NCBI GenBank assembly: GCA_052327205.1
Contig: CM126211.1
Coordinates: 157,604,001-157,668,000, forward strand
Length of the DNA stretch: 64,000 nucleotides
Origin: Somniosus microcephalus
Lineage: Eukaryota
Reading direction: 5' to 3'
Positions 22,115 to 32,414 of the stretch are shown one piece after another. Every line of letters begins with the position of its first letter. The first letter of the stretch is position 1. A program made the translations under genes and the position numbers. The notes below the pieces were generated by a model. That model worked only from the letters and a program-made list of their open reading frames with translations, was not told the origin of the DNA and searched no databases.

Positions 22115-23627
22115 ACATGTGGAAAATTCTTTGTTCCAGTCCTACTTAGGTCCCCTCCCTCACCTCTTTTTCCGGTACATTGATGACTGTATCGGTGCTG
22201 TTTCCTGCTCTCGCCCTGAACTAGAAAATTTCATTCACTTTGCTTCCAATTTCCACCCTTCCCTCACCTTCACATGGTCCATCTCCGACTCTTCCCTTCC
22301 CCTCCTCAACTTCTCCGTCTCCATCTCCATCTCTGGGGATAGGTTATTGACAAACATTCACTACAAGCCCACTGACTCCCACAGCTACCTGGACTGCACT
22401 TCCTCCCACCCCGCTTCCTGCAAGGACTCTATTCCATTCTCCCAGTTTCTACATCTCCGCCGCATCTGCTCTGACGATGCCACCTTCCATACCAGTGCTT
22501 CTGACATGTCTTCCTTTTTCCTCAACCGAGGATTCCCCTCTACTGTGGTTGACACGGCCCTTGACCGTGTCCGTTCTATCTCCCGCACTTCTGCCCTCAC
22601 TCCTGCCCCTCCCTCCCGGAACCACGATAAGGTTCCCCTTATCCTCACCTTTCACCCCACCAGCCTCCACATTCAACGGATCACCCTCCGGCATTTCTGC
22701 CACCTCTAGCGTGATCCCACCAACAAACACATCTTCCCCTCACCTCCCCTTTCAGCATTCTGAAGGGACCGCTCCCTCCGCGACACCCTGGTCCACTCTT
22801 CTATCACCCCCAACAGCCCTTCCCCTTTGCCCGTCACCTTCCCGTACAAGCGCAGGAGATGCAACACATGCCCTTATACCTCCCCCCTTCCCACTGTCCA
22901 GGGCCCCAAACACCCCTTCCAGGTGAAACAGCGATTTACTTGTACTTCTTGCAATTTAGTATACTGTATTCGCTGCTCATGATGTGGTCTCCTCTACATT
23001 GGGGAGACCAAACGCAGATTGGGTGACCGCTTTGCGGAACACCTCTGTTCAGTGCATAAGGGGGACCCGAGCTTCCGGTCGCCTGTCACTTTAATCCTCC
23101 GCTCCACTCCCACTCAGACCTCGCCATCCTCGGCCTCTTACACTGTTCCACTGAAGCTCAACGTAGGCTCAAGGAACAGCACCTCATCTTTCAATTAGGC
23201 ACTTTACAGCCTTCTGGACTCAACATAGAGTTCAACAATTTCAGATCATAACCTCGGCCCCTATCATATATATATTTTTTTCACTTTTTTTTTCTCTCCC
23301 ACATGGCAGCTGTCTTTCATTCTGCCAGCGCAATTTACACTAGAGCCATATTTGTTTCTTAACCTGTCTCATTACCATCTCCTTTTGCCTTGAATATCTC
23401 TTAATGCCTCTTAACCTCTCCTGCCTTCTATCCTATCACAGACCTTCCCTTTTGTTCTTTCATTCCCTCCCCCCCTTTCCCAGCTCCTACACGTGCTTAA
23501 AAATCTGTTCCATTTCCTGCTTTTTTCCAGTTCTGACGAAAGGTCATCGACCTGAAACGTTAACTCTGTTTCTCTCTTCACAGATGCTGCCTGACCTGCT
23601 GAGTATCTCCAGCATTTTCTGTTTTTA
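22115..23627 (+). mobile_element. 5'-truncated Penelope-like retroelement (RT C-terminus plus GIY-YIG endonuclease)
   Basis: FFRYIDD, YKPTDSHSYL and SIPFSQFLHLRRICS. GIY-YIG region NLVYCIRCS*CGLLYIGETKRRLGDRFAEH at ~22953-23045. In-frame stops are present. Confidence 0.93.
23529..23565 (+). ncRNA. Minimal type-I hammerhead ribozyme motif in the Penelope 3' region
   Basis: AGTT-CTGACGA-A-AGGTC(ATC)GACCT-GAAA-CG-TT-AACT: both catalytic boxes, a 5-bp stem II, a 4-bp stem I and palindromic ACGT in place of stem III. Confidence 0.75.
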
Positions 23628-24346
23628 AACCAATTGGATAAGCTGTTTCAAAGAGCTGGCACAAGTATAATCGGCTGAATGGCCTCCTCTGTGCTGAATG
23701 ATTCTAGGTCCCTACATGTACAGTTTTAGCACAGCTTTGCTCATGAACTGGAGTCCTGATATTTTTTCTCTCCCGAGCCTGGAGATTCTTCAGTAAATTG
23801 TAGTGTCCCCACTACCACTCTTAACTGATGCTAGTTAATTGTAGCACAAATCAGGAATTAAATTCAGGAGTGCCATGGCAATGTGCCATTTGCCCACTGA
23901 GCTGTCAAGCTTTCATAACATTGAATCTGGTTCTAAGTTATTTTGTCATGCTTTACAAATGTACTAGAATGTTCATAAGAACAAAACATGCAGTGCAGCC
24001 GGTTATTTGCATTGAATTATAATTTTAAGAGTTTAAAACAAATAATTTTGAATTCATGTTAATATGATGCTTAATTTTATGAAGAACTGAGGAATTCAAT
24101 TATATACCATAATAAAACAGAACGAAGACATGGCACTAAAAAGGAGCAGATGCTTTAGCTCAAATGGTCAACTTTTAATTTATTATAAGAGGGGGGAAAA
24201 GAAGAAACATTTTTGCAGTGTTCCACAGTAGAAAATCTGTACAATTGAAAAGCTGTGGAATCATTACATTAAGAATTAAGTGGGAACGGATGAAATAAGG
24301 AACATGTTGTATTACTAGAAGTATATTTTCTTTGTTTTTTGTGCAG

Positions 24347-24485
24347 GATATTTGCAGCATTTCCTCAAGGCATGCAGCAATGAGACCTGGTTCCGCACTT
24401 GTTCCATGCTTCTGAGAAACTCTAAACTGGAGGTACAAATACTAGAGAAACTCAGCGTCATCCTACAGAAACTCTCTAAAATAAA
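24347..24485 (+). CDS. CCDC138: CCDC138 penultimate coding exon (YLQHFLKACSNETWFRTCSMLLRNSKLEVQILEKLSVILQKLSKIK)
   Basis: Polypyrimidine tract plus TGCAG acceptor at 24342-24346 and GT donor at 24486. Phase fits both neighbours. Matches the CCDC138 motif QILEKLSIILQKLSKIK. Confidence 0.92.
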
Positions 24486-25231
24486 GTACGAAAAATTACA
24501 GCTTGCTGAAGTGACTGAAATGTTGCCAATGTATTAAGTATAATTTCAAAAATTTAATGTGTAATTTTATGTGTCATTTAAGTTGGCTTTTATTCATAAT
24601 AGTAATTGTTCTTTGACGTGCTTGTGATACCTAGCACTAACATTTAAAACGACTTCACAAATAGAAATTTGTCCTTGGACACCCATATGTGTGGAAGGAT
24701 TCAGACACTTTATATTCCAGTCCCCTCCCCCAATTAATTGAGCTTTTCCCTAATGACGTGGGCAATTTCAAAAATGAAGCTTACTGTGATATTTAACATT
24801 TTGTCTGATTTAAGATGATCCCAAACTACATTATGAGCATGATACTTAAGCATGCACAACTCAATTTTTATTGAATTTCAATTTATTTCTTATTTAAATC
24901 ACACTCTGCACTGAAGCTGAGGTAAGTAATGTAATATTTGAGATTAATCATCTGGTCCAGATTATGAACAGGAGACAGGATGTCAAATGATCTTCAAACC
25001 AAAAAACCAGAAAGCAAAACCAACTTGCAGTCTGCATTTGAAAAACTAGCCTCACCATTTGAAAATATCCATTTATATCAATTGCAATTTATGACTGCAG
25101 TTTTCAGCAGTTAAAATTAATGTTTCTGATAGATGAGGATCAACTCCAAAACTTTGTTGTCTAAACCCTCAGAGATAAAGTGTAATACTATTAGACAGAT
25201 AGACTAATTGAAATGTATACTTTCTTTACAG

Positions 25232-25412
25232 GAATAATAAGAAACTATTTGAATTGTTCACAATCCACATCTTGATTCAAGAGTTACACAGGACTACAGA
25301 TCCGGAGCATACTTTCCTGGCTGTCAACCTCCAGTCCATTCTGTTTAACCTAGGCATAACTAAAGGCACTGCTTTGGCCAGCAGTCTGGGCAACAGCATT
25401 TCAAATCAGTGA
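25232..25412 (+). CDS. CCDC138: CCDC138 last coding exon (NNKKLFELFTIHILIQELHRTTDPEHTFLAVNLQSILFNLG...NQ*)
   Basis: Acceptor tttctttacag at 25221-25231 and stop TGA at 25410-25412. Matches the CCDC138 end NKKLFELFTIH...PEHAFL.INL...LFNLG. Not in the ORF track because it lacks a start codon. Confidence 0.92.
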
Positions 25413-25624
25413 GCATCTATCCATTTAGACTGAGTGCTGCTTTTTATACTGTTACCATCACTGGTAAGCTTTCTGTGTCTAATTTATCAACAATTCACAG
25501 CTCTTGTACTTTGCTATATTTAAACAAAGCATGTTTTAGTGTACATATTTTTAATTGAAACCAAATCAAAACTTCAGTTGCTTCAGGGAAATGGAGACTT
25601 TACCTCTAAGCTATTGGGGAACAG

Positions 25625-26730
25625 TCCCTGTATGTCAGTTGTTAACATTCATACCCGAGTTAGAAGATTGTGGGCTAGAAATTCAGTGGGCTTTGCGCCC
25701 AGTTACTGCCCAAATAGGGTTTCTGCGCCAGTGTAAGAGGGTGCGCTGATATTCAGCGCTGCGGTAATGGCGGCGGTAGCCGGTAGCGCTGCGCCGACAC
25801 CGATGACGTCATCGGTGTGCGCAGTGCCCCGGTTCCGCCCCGCTTCCGGCCCAAACCCCCTATTTAGTTGCGGCCGCCTCTTCTGCAGCGGCCGCAAACA
25901 GCGATTGAAAAACGGGGCCGTACTGCTGCGCTACTGGGGCGCTTTAAGGTGGAGGTGCGGCCGGCCGCTTTTTCGGCGGCCGCCTGCCCGCACCTCCTTC
26001 CCCGGCCTCCTCCACCACCCTCCCCCCCCCCCCCGCGGCATTGCCGGCTGCTTTCCGCGAGCCCGGCACTTCTCCGTGGTGCCGGGCTCATTTGCCGGCA
26101 CAATCCAGCGGCGATCTCGCTGTTGCAGGCACCTCCCCCTTAAGAGAAGGAGGAGGCCTGCAGTACCGCAGCCTGCCGCTCCGCAGCGGGTGGCGCAGCG
26201 GGGCCTACAGCGCAGAAATTCAGTTTCAGCGCCCCAAGCGGGGGCGGGCACACCCTGGAATAGCGCCCGGTTCCGACTTGGGGCGCAAAAGCCGAATATC
26301 TGACGGGCGCACCTGGCTCCGCGCGCAGCGCTAACTTTTGGGCGTTAGCCTGCTGGCGGGCCTTAACTGAATTTCTAGGCCTGTGGGTTTGAGTCTCGTA
26401 CCAGGAGCTCATATCTAGGTTGACACTTCAGTACAAAACTGAGGGAGAGAATGCTATCTTTTCAGTGGGACATTAAATCAAAGTCCTGTCTGCCTGTTCA
26501 GGATGAAGAAGAGCAGGATGTTCTCCTTGTGTATTGGCCAACTTTTCTCCCACAACCAATACCACCAAAAAAGATGATTTGTGGGATCTTGCTGATGCAG
26601 AATGGCTGCTACATTTGCCTGCATTATAGCATCTCTACTCCAAAGGTGGTTCATATATGAAGCACTTTGATACGTTTTTGAGAGACATGAGAAGGTACTG
26701 TACACACAAATACAGTTATTTCTTATTTCA
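25625..26730 (+). mobile_element. Deu-core tRNA-type SINE split by a MITE (parts ~25625-25671 and 26385-26730)
   Basis: Removing the MITE restores gagttagaagattgtgggtttgagtc (B-box region). It continues gacacttcagtacaaaactgaggga, gaagaagagcagg and tttgtgggatcttgctg. Confidence 0.7.
25672..26381. mobile_element. 710-bp GC-rich non-autonomous Harbinger MITE
   Basis: TIRs GGGCTAGAAATTCAGT and GGCCTAGAAATTCAGT (15/16), TSD TGT at 25669-25671 and 26382-26384. The TIRs resemble those of the element at 28733-32775. Confidence 0.92.
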
Positions 26731-27159
26731 TTCTTCCAAAGGTATCCGTTAAATGTATTTGCTACATTAAATGGTAGGTTATAATTCACCATATAAATTG
26801 CCAACATTGCATTAAAACTCTTAAAATTCTGGAGTGCAACTAAATGTTCTTCCCTCCCTATCAGAATTTTTCTTTCCTGTCCTCCTTCTCCTGGTTCTAA
26901 TCACTTATGCCATGATAAGGTTCCATGAGCAGCAGAGGCCCATGCCGCATCCAGGTGACCATTTTGTAATGAACCCAGATGATGTCATTAGGCTAATTGA
27001 CTTTGGTCATTACAGCCATTACATGTTATCTTCATTCCATACCTGCCACGTCTATTTCAGTATGTCACTGAATAGTGATCAAGAGCAGACTCCTAACCAA
27101 CTGATTAAAAAAAAAAGTTTGAATTCCTCCCTCTAATTTTCCTTTTCCACTTCTACCAT

Positions 27160-27290
27160 TCCCACTACTTTCCTGGCTAAGATTAATTAACCAAACACAA
27201 ATCAAGAACTGGATGTTTCTACCTTCCTAGTCTGGGTAACCAGTTCCACACCACTTGGTGCAATAACTCACTGAACCAATGAGGAGTTCA
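27160..27290 (-). mobile_element. Possible ancient SINE head remnant; a similar remnant lies at ~23810-23910
   Basis: Minus strand cattggttcagtgagttattgcaccaagtggtgtggaactgg...ccagactaggaagg resembles a degenerate tRNA-like SINE head. Confidence 0.35.
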
Positions 27291-28905
27291 AAATAGGCTT
27301 GCTTTTAGGTTGTTCTGTTAGACTCTAGGTTTACAGTTTTTTTTGGTAAAGCACAGAGTGCATTTGCAGTACCAATAAAAGTAAACTGGAACTGTTTTGG
27401 ATTGTGTTGATTTTGTGCTACTAACTTAAAACCAATAAGCAGCCATCTAATTTGTACCTCCTGTCAATTTATATAAAAGTAGACATGGCACTTGTTTCTA
27501 TTACTAATGCAAAGTTGACAGTTATTTTTGTGGTAAGATTGCACATGGCATGTCTATCACCATTTTACTATTCACTTGATGCTGGTATTTAACTGCCAAA
27601 GCGATTAAGAACAAAACAAGCTTGTAATTAAGCTCATAAGTAGTGGTGGGGAACAGACCAAATTGTAATTTTCAATGATAAATTCCATAACTAAAATCTG
27701 CAGTGACATTTAGTCGAAGCTGAATTAGAACTTAACACTGGTTCCAAAACACTATAATTGCATTCACGGATACAGATTCTATTCCACTATTAATGACGCA
27801 TGAGTTGTATACCAGCAAAAAGAAACATGAGATGGTTGAAAGAGGTATTAAAAAAAAAATGCTTTCCTGAGACTCCTGCTTTAAAGTATACATGTGTGGA
27901 TATTGGACGAGAATAAGATCCATTTTGGCTGTAATATCCCCATGGTCAAATAGCCTGTTACTACATAGGCTCACATATGAAGAATGGCCAAATGGGTGAG
28001 ATACCATTTCTACCAGAGGTTCTACCAGAGCCAGTGAAACTGGACCCCAGCAAGAGACACCTTCCAAGTTTTTCATGTTACATTTTTTTGCTGTATTCAC
28101 TACAAACATATTAAAATGTGCAAAGTGCCTGGTATCCAATGCAGGTGGGGTTCATTACTGAACTTAATTTCTCTTTGCAGGTTAATGTCTTTTAAAATAG
28201 CAAACAGAAGATTTTCATAGTGTTAACATGTCCATTACTACTATTGCGCAAGGCAGTTTCATCCTTCCCCCATCTTTAAGATTTCCTAATCTAATAATGA
28301 ATGGTCTATCCTAATTAGTAACCGAAACAAATATCCTGTTATCATTCAAAATCCAATTACCATCTAAATAGCGGCAGCAAAGTTTAGTAGTAAAGCAAGC
28401 TTATAACTAGAATTTAGTCTTAGAATCCATTCACTAGAGGGGGAAAAATTACAGGCTTACAATTTGGTCTCTGACTTCAAACTGTTCTAATCGTCAGAGT
28501 ATTGAGTTCTCCTTATGTATTATTTTTCAATTGTCTTGATTTAGTTTTCTGCCAAGTTCTAATATACTTCTCACTTTTCCTACAATTTTGGTGCCACTAT
28601 TCAAACTGAGGAGAGGATCCTGTTGCCAGGAACATTTTTCTGGTGTTTCAATAATGGCTATAACTAACATTTTGAAAGGAAAGCATTGATACATTTTGGC
28701 GTCTCATTTGCAACAGTGAGATTAGAAGTAATGGGGGAGAAATTCAGTTGTTAGCACCAGCCGTTAGCGCCTTAAGAGGGCGATAAGTGGGGCGCGAAGC
28801 GGCTAGCGCCCGGGTGCAGCGAGACCTGCGCCTCTCTCGAAATTGAGCGGACATTTAGCGGCGGCGCAAAAACCGCAACACCCGCTCAGCTGCGCGCGCA
28901 GATCC

Positions 28906-29053
28906 TGACGTCATTTCATGGTGCAACGCCCTTGGACGCCCCGAACCGGAACTTCAGTGGCGCCCCTGTTCTTTCCGCCTGGTGCTCCCAGCGACTGGTT
29001 GACTGGAACGGTTCCCAGTCGCTGTGGGGCTGGGGGGGGCGCTATTTAAAGGG
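28906..29053 (+). promoter_or_regulatory. Candidate transposase promoter: TGACGTCA (28906-28913) and TATA-like TATTTAAA (29043-29050)
   Basis: Motifs seen about 190-330 bp upstream of the transposase ORF. Function is inferred. Confidence 0.45.
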
Positions 29054-29238
29054 GACTCTTCCTGGCTTCTTAGTGGTAGCCCTTTTGGACCACTCCTTCT
29101 GTGAGAGAGAGAGAGATTTGCAGAGAGAAAGGGAGAGAGCTTTCTACATTGAGTCAGCGCTCGCACAGGTACTTCTGGCTTCAGCCCAGAACTTTACAGT
29201 TGGATTGATTTTTCAGTGCCATAGCCTTGGGGGCAGCA

Positions 29239-30333
29239 ATGGGTGGAAATGTTGGGTTTCTCCATTGCATTGAGAGGGCTCAGAGACGCCGAGAGAGAGT
29301 GCCAATCATGGCCAGACGGAGGAGGGCCAACAGGAGACCTTACCCTCCCAGAGTATTCCGCCAGCAGTTCTCCTACCTCAACATGTCTGAGGAGCAGTGT
29401 ATTCGGAGGCTTCGATTCAGCAGGGAGGTGGTCACTGAGCTCTGCCACCTGCTTCAGACAGATCTGCAGCCTCAGCTGAGGAGCAGGACGTCTCTGTCGG
29501 TGGCAGTGAAGGTGACAGTGGCTCTCAACTTCTATGCCACCGGCTCCTTCCAATCCGCTACTGGGGACATTGCCAATGTCTCCCAGTTTGCGGTGTATTG
29601 CTGCATCCGCCAAGTCACGAATGCCCTCTTCAAAAGGAGACATCAGTACATTTCCTTCCCCATGACCCTGGACAAGCAGCAAGAGCGCGCAATGGGATTT
29701 GCAAGAATAGCGGGCTTCCCCATGGTCCAGGGCGCCATTGACTGCACGCATGTGGCTTTGCAGACACCTCAAGAGAATGCCGAGGATTACCGCAACCGGC
29801 AGGGGTTCCATTCGTTGAACGTGCAGTTGGTGTGTGACCACAGACAGCTGATACTAGCTGTCAATGCCCGCTTTCCAGGCAGCAGCCACGACGCCTTCAT
29901 CCTGCACCAGACTTCTGTGGCAGACCTTTTCGAAGCCCTAGTTCACCCAGGAGGCTGGCTTCTCGGGGACAAGGGCTATCCTCTGTGCACCTGGCTGATG
30001 ACCCCGCTCCGTGCGCCCAGCACCCCTGCTGAAGAACGATACAATGACAGCCATCAAGCGACCAGGAACATCATTGAGCACACAATCGGCATGCTAAAGC
30101 AACGGTTCTGCTGTCTGGACCATTCCGGGGGAGCCCTTCAGTACTCGCCTGAGCGAGTCTCCCATTTCGTTGTAGTGTGCCGCATGCTGCATAACCTGGC
30201 AATCCTCAGGACTCAGCCACTGCCACCAGACATTGGAGCACCGGAAGAGGAGGAGGAGGAGGAGCACCAAGACGGGAGGGAGGCACAAAGTGCAAGGGCC
30301 GTCCATCAGCGGCTTACTGCAAGTCGATTCTAG
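29239..30333 (+). CDS. Harbinger DDE transposase, uninterrupted ORF (frame open from 29227)
   Basis: RRLRFSRE, SLSVAVKVTVALNFYATGSFQ, GAIDCTH, PGSSHD, LLGDKGY and RNIIEHTIGMLKQRF. All three putative D/D/E residues are present. Confidence 0.92.
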   Translation: MGGNVGFLHCIERAQRRRERVPIMARRRRANRRPYPPRVFRQQFSYLNMSEEQCIRRLRFSREVVTELCHLLQTDLQPQLRSRTSLSVAVKVTVALNFYATGSFQSATGDIANVSQFAVYCCIRQVTNALFKRRHQYISFPMTLDKQQERAMGFARIAGFPMVQGAIDCTHVALQTPQENAEDYRNRQGFHSLNVQLVCDHRQLILAVNARFPGSSHDAFILHQTSVADLFEALVHPGGWLLGDKGYPLCTWLMTPLRAPSTPAEERYNDSHQATRNIIEHTIGMLKQRFCCLDHSGGALQYSPERVSHFVVVCRMLHNLAILRTQPLPPDIGAPEEEEEEEHQDGREAQSARAVHQRLTASRF

Positions 30334-30446
30334 GCCCCCTCTGAGGGAATGGCTTGTGCCATTGAAAGAACATGAATGGAATGGTTCCGCAAACCCTGAG
30401 CCGGTTAAGGCAGCAAATAGTTCAAAGAGCAATCATGCACAATCTG

Positions 30447-30466
30447 AATAAAGACAATTCTTTATT
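30447..30466. terminator. Closely spaced bidirectional poly(A) signals between the two Harbinger genes
   Basis: AATAAA on + at 30447-30452 and TTTATT (AATAAA on -) at 30461-30466. Confidence 0.65.
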
Positions 30467-30638
30467 TAACAAACTGTGTGCCCTTCCCGCATGACAAAGT
30501 AATACAGAGAAACCCCCAAAAAAGCAGTCAAGACACATAACTGGCTCTCACAACCTGGAGACAATGAACAAAAGAGTTAACAAAAAATGACCACGATCCT
30601 CGGCCTTCACTAAAAAAATTTACAGCATTTTGCCACAC

Positions 30639-32414
30639 CTACTTTTTGGTCTTCGAGGGTGATCTGCTTTGCTTGCGAGATTGGCCCCTTCCCACCCTGC
30701 AGCTCCTCCGCAATGGGACCCCAGTGGCTGCAGCAAGGCTGGGGGAAGGCTGCTGAGTGTCAGAAACTGAGTCGGCAGATGCCCTTGGGGGACGGCCTGG
30801 ACCAGCTCTGGGCCTGGAGGGCCCGGCTGCTGACTGCTCCAACTCTGCATGGGCGGCAGCAGTCTGTCCTACGGGTGGTGGCAGCTGCAGTGGAGGAGTG
30901 ACAGTGTTGGCAGCAGGAATGCTGCCATCCTGACAGGACAGGCACTCCCTGGTCGGATGACACACTGGCACTCCCACGGGGCAGCACTGCAGCATGCGGA
31001 GCAATCTGCTGAAGTACAGACTGCTGGCCTTCTGCGGCGCGGCGAGGGCCCCGGCGATTCATGCCCGATGCAGCGAGGGTGGCAGCAGTCAGTGCTCGTG
31101 TGGCCTCAATCTGTGTCTGCATCAGACCAGCCACTGACTGCATGGCACCACTAAGCACTTGCGTGGAAGCCGCCTGTGCTGCACCGAAGTCCTGCAGACT
31201 CCTTGCCAGTGCTGCACCGAAGTCCTGGACACTGCTTGCCAGTGACTCAATGGAGTCGGGCATCCTTGCCACTGCAGCCGTGAGCTCAGTGTGCCTCTGC
31301 TCTGCCTGGGCACCCATTTCAGCGAGGAGCCGCACCTCTTCGGCGCTCACTGTAGCAGGACTGGAGGCCAGACTTTCCCTCATGGGAGAAGGCCGCCGAG
31401 CTTCCCTAACCCCCTCGCGTCGCTGCAGCCCGCTGGGCCCCGGAGCTTCACCCTCCTCAGACCCTTCCCCCCTGCTCCCCTCCAGGGAAGACGTGTCCCC
31501 ATTATGGCCATGGGCTGCCTCGGCTGAGGGTGCCACTGATGGTCCGGCTTCCTCTTCCTCCTCACCTTCAGAATCACTCACAGTGGCAGCTTGAGGGCCC
31601 ACCTCCTCACCTGGTGATTCACCATCTGAAGGCAGGGAGGTACAAGAGTTGCTTTAGCGTGAGGACAGGGCGGCAGCGAGGGAGGCATGAGTGCTGCAAT
31701 GCACTGTATTGGTTCGATAGTGGCAAAGGATGCTGGTGTGAGGCACAAGTGGAAGGAGAGAGGTGAAAAGGTGATGACCTTACCATTGCTGTCCAGAACG
31801 GGGTTGGCATCTCCAGTGGCGACAGGGCCAATCATCCGGCCTGCCATAATGCGCTGGACTCGCTGCTCCAGATCGCTGAGGTCTTTAAGGTGAGGCCGGC
31901 CTCCCCCGGTCCGTTGCTGCTGCCTCCTATTGTGGGCCAGCTTGCCCTGCAAGAGAAAGGACGGGCTCTGAGTACAGTGTGAAGCCCTGATCTTGGCTGC
32001 ACTGCCTCCAATGGTCGAATAACCCTTACAGTGTGTAAAGTGGTGAATGTGCATGTGAGTTTCATGAAAGCCCCATAGGTGTTGGATGAGGGCTGGCCAT
32101 TGGGGCTTTAAGGACCCTTTGGCCATAAAGTGAGGTGGACATGCAGGGATGAAGAGGATACTGAAAAGGGTACTCACCCTGACAACCCGAGTGAGGTCGT
32201 TGAACTTCTTCCTGCATTGCACAGGGGTCCTAGGTACCATGCTGCTGGAGGTCACTCTGTGAGCCACCTTCTTCCAAGCTTTGTGGTAGTCGGTGGGCAG
32301 CGGCCTCCTGCCACTGTCCGGAAACAGGATAGATCGCCTGCGCTCCACCGCGCCAACCAGAACCTGCAGGGCCCCCTCACTGAACCGCTGCGCTCGCTCC
32401 CTGGCCCTCTCCAT
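30639..32414 (-). pseudogene. Three-exon Myb/SANT-like Harbinger accessory gene (exons 32414-32178, 31946-31784, 31625-30639) with a probable frameshift near 30935
   Basis: MERARERAQRFSEGALQVLV...AWKKVA...QCRKKFNDL. Donors GTGAGT and GTAAGG, acceptors TTGCAG and TTCAG, phases compatible. The C-terminus homologous to element 1 lies in a different frame (ORF 30639-31004). Confidence 0.88.

Larger units (their letters stand above)
21292..23706 (+). mobile_element. Degraded CR1 3' fragment interrupted by a Penelope element (parts 21292-22114 and ~23628-23706)
   Basis: [15 protein letters not shown] and VRPQLEYCVQFW. A CR1-type 3' end ggctgaatggcctcctctgtgctg...attcta follows the Penelope. Confidence 0.85.

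Noticed and set aside
25703-26412. Cluster of Arg/Pro/Ala-rich ORFs and an apparent CpG-island promoter
   Set aside because: It lies entirely within a TIR- and TSD-bounded MITE. The ORFs reflect high GC content and change frame between the two copies.
26800-28730. Exons of a neighbouring gene such as EDAR, which adjoins CCDC138 in other vertebrates
   Set aside because: No ORF with a death-domain or other recognisable peptide; AT-rich non-coding sequence.
29194-29841. 215-aa antisense ORF, and similar antisense ORFs over gag-pol and the LINE RTs
   Set aside because: Shadow frames of real coding sequence with no recognisable motifs.
29239-30333. Domesticated host gene HARBI1
   Set aside because: It is flanked by TIRs, a TSD and a convergent Myb-like gene, and has decayed relatives nearby, so it is a transposon copy. 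No gene symbol assigned.
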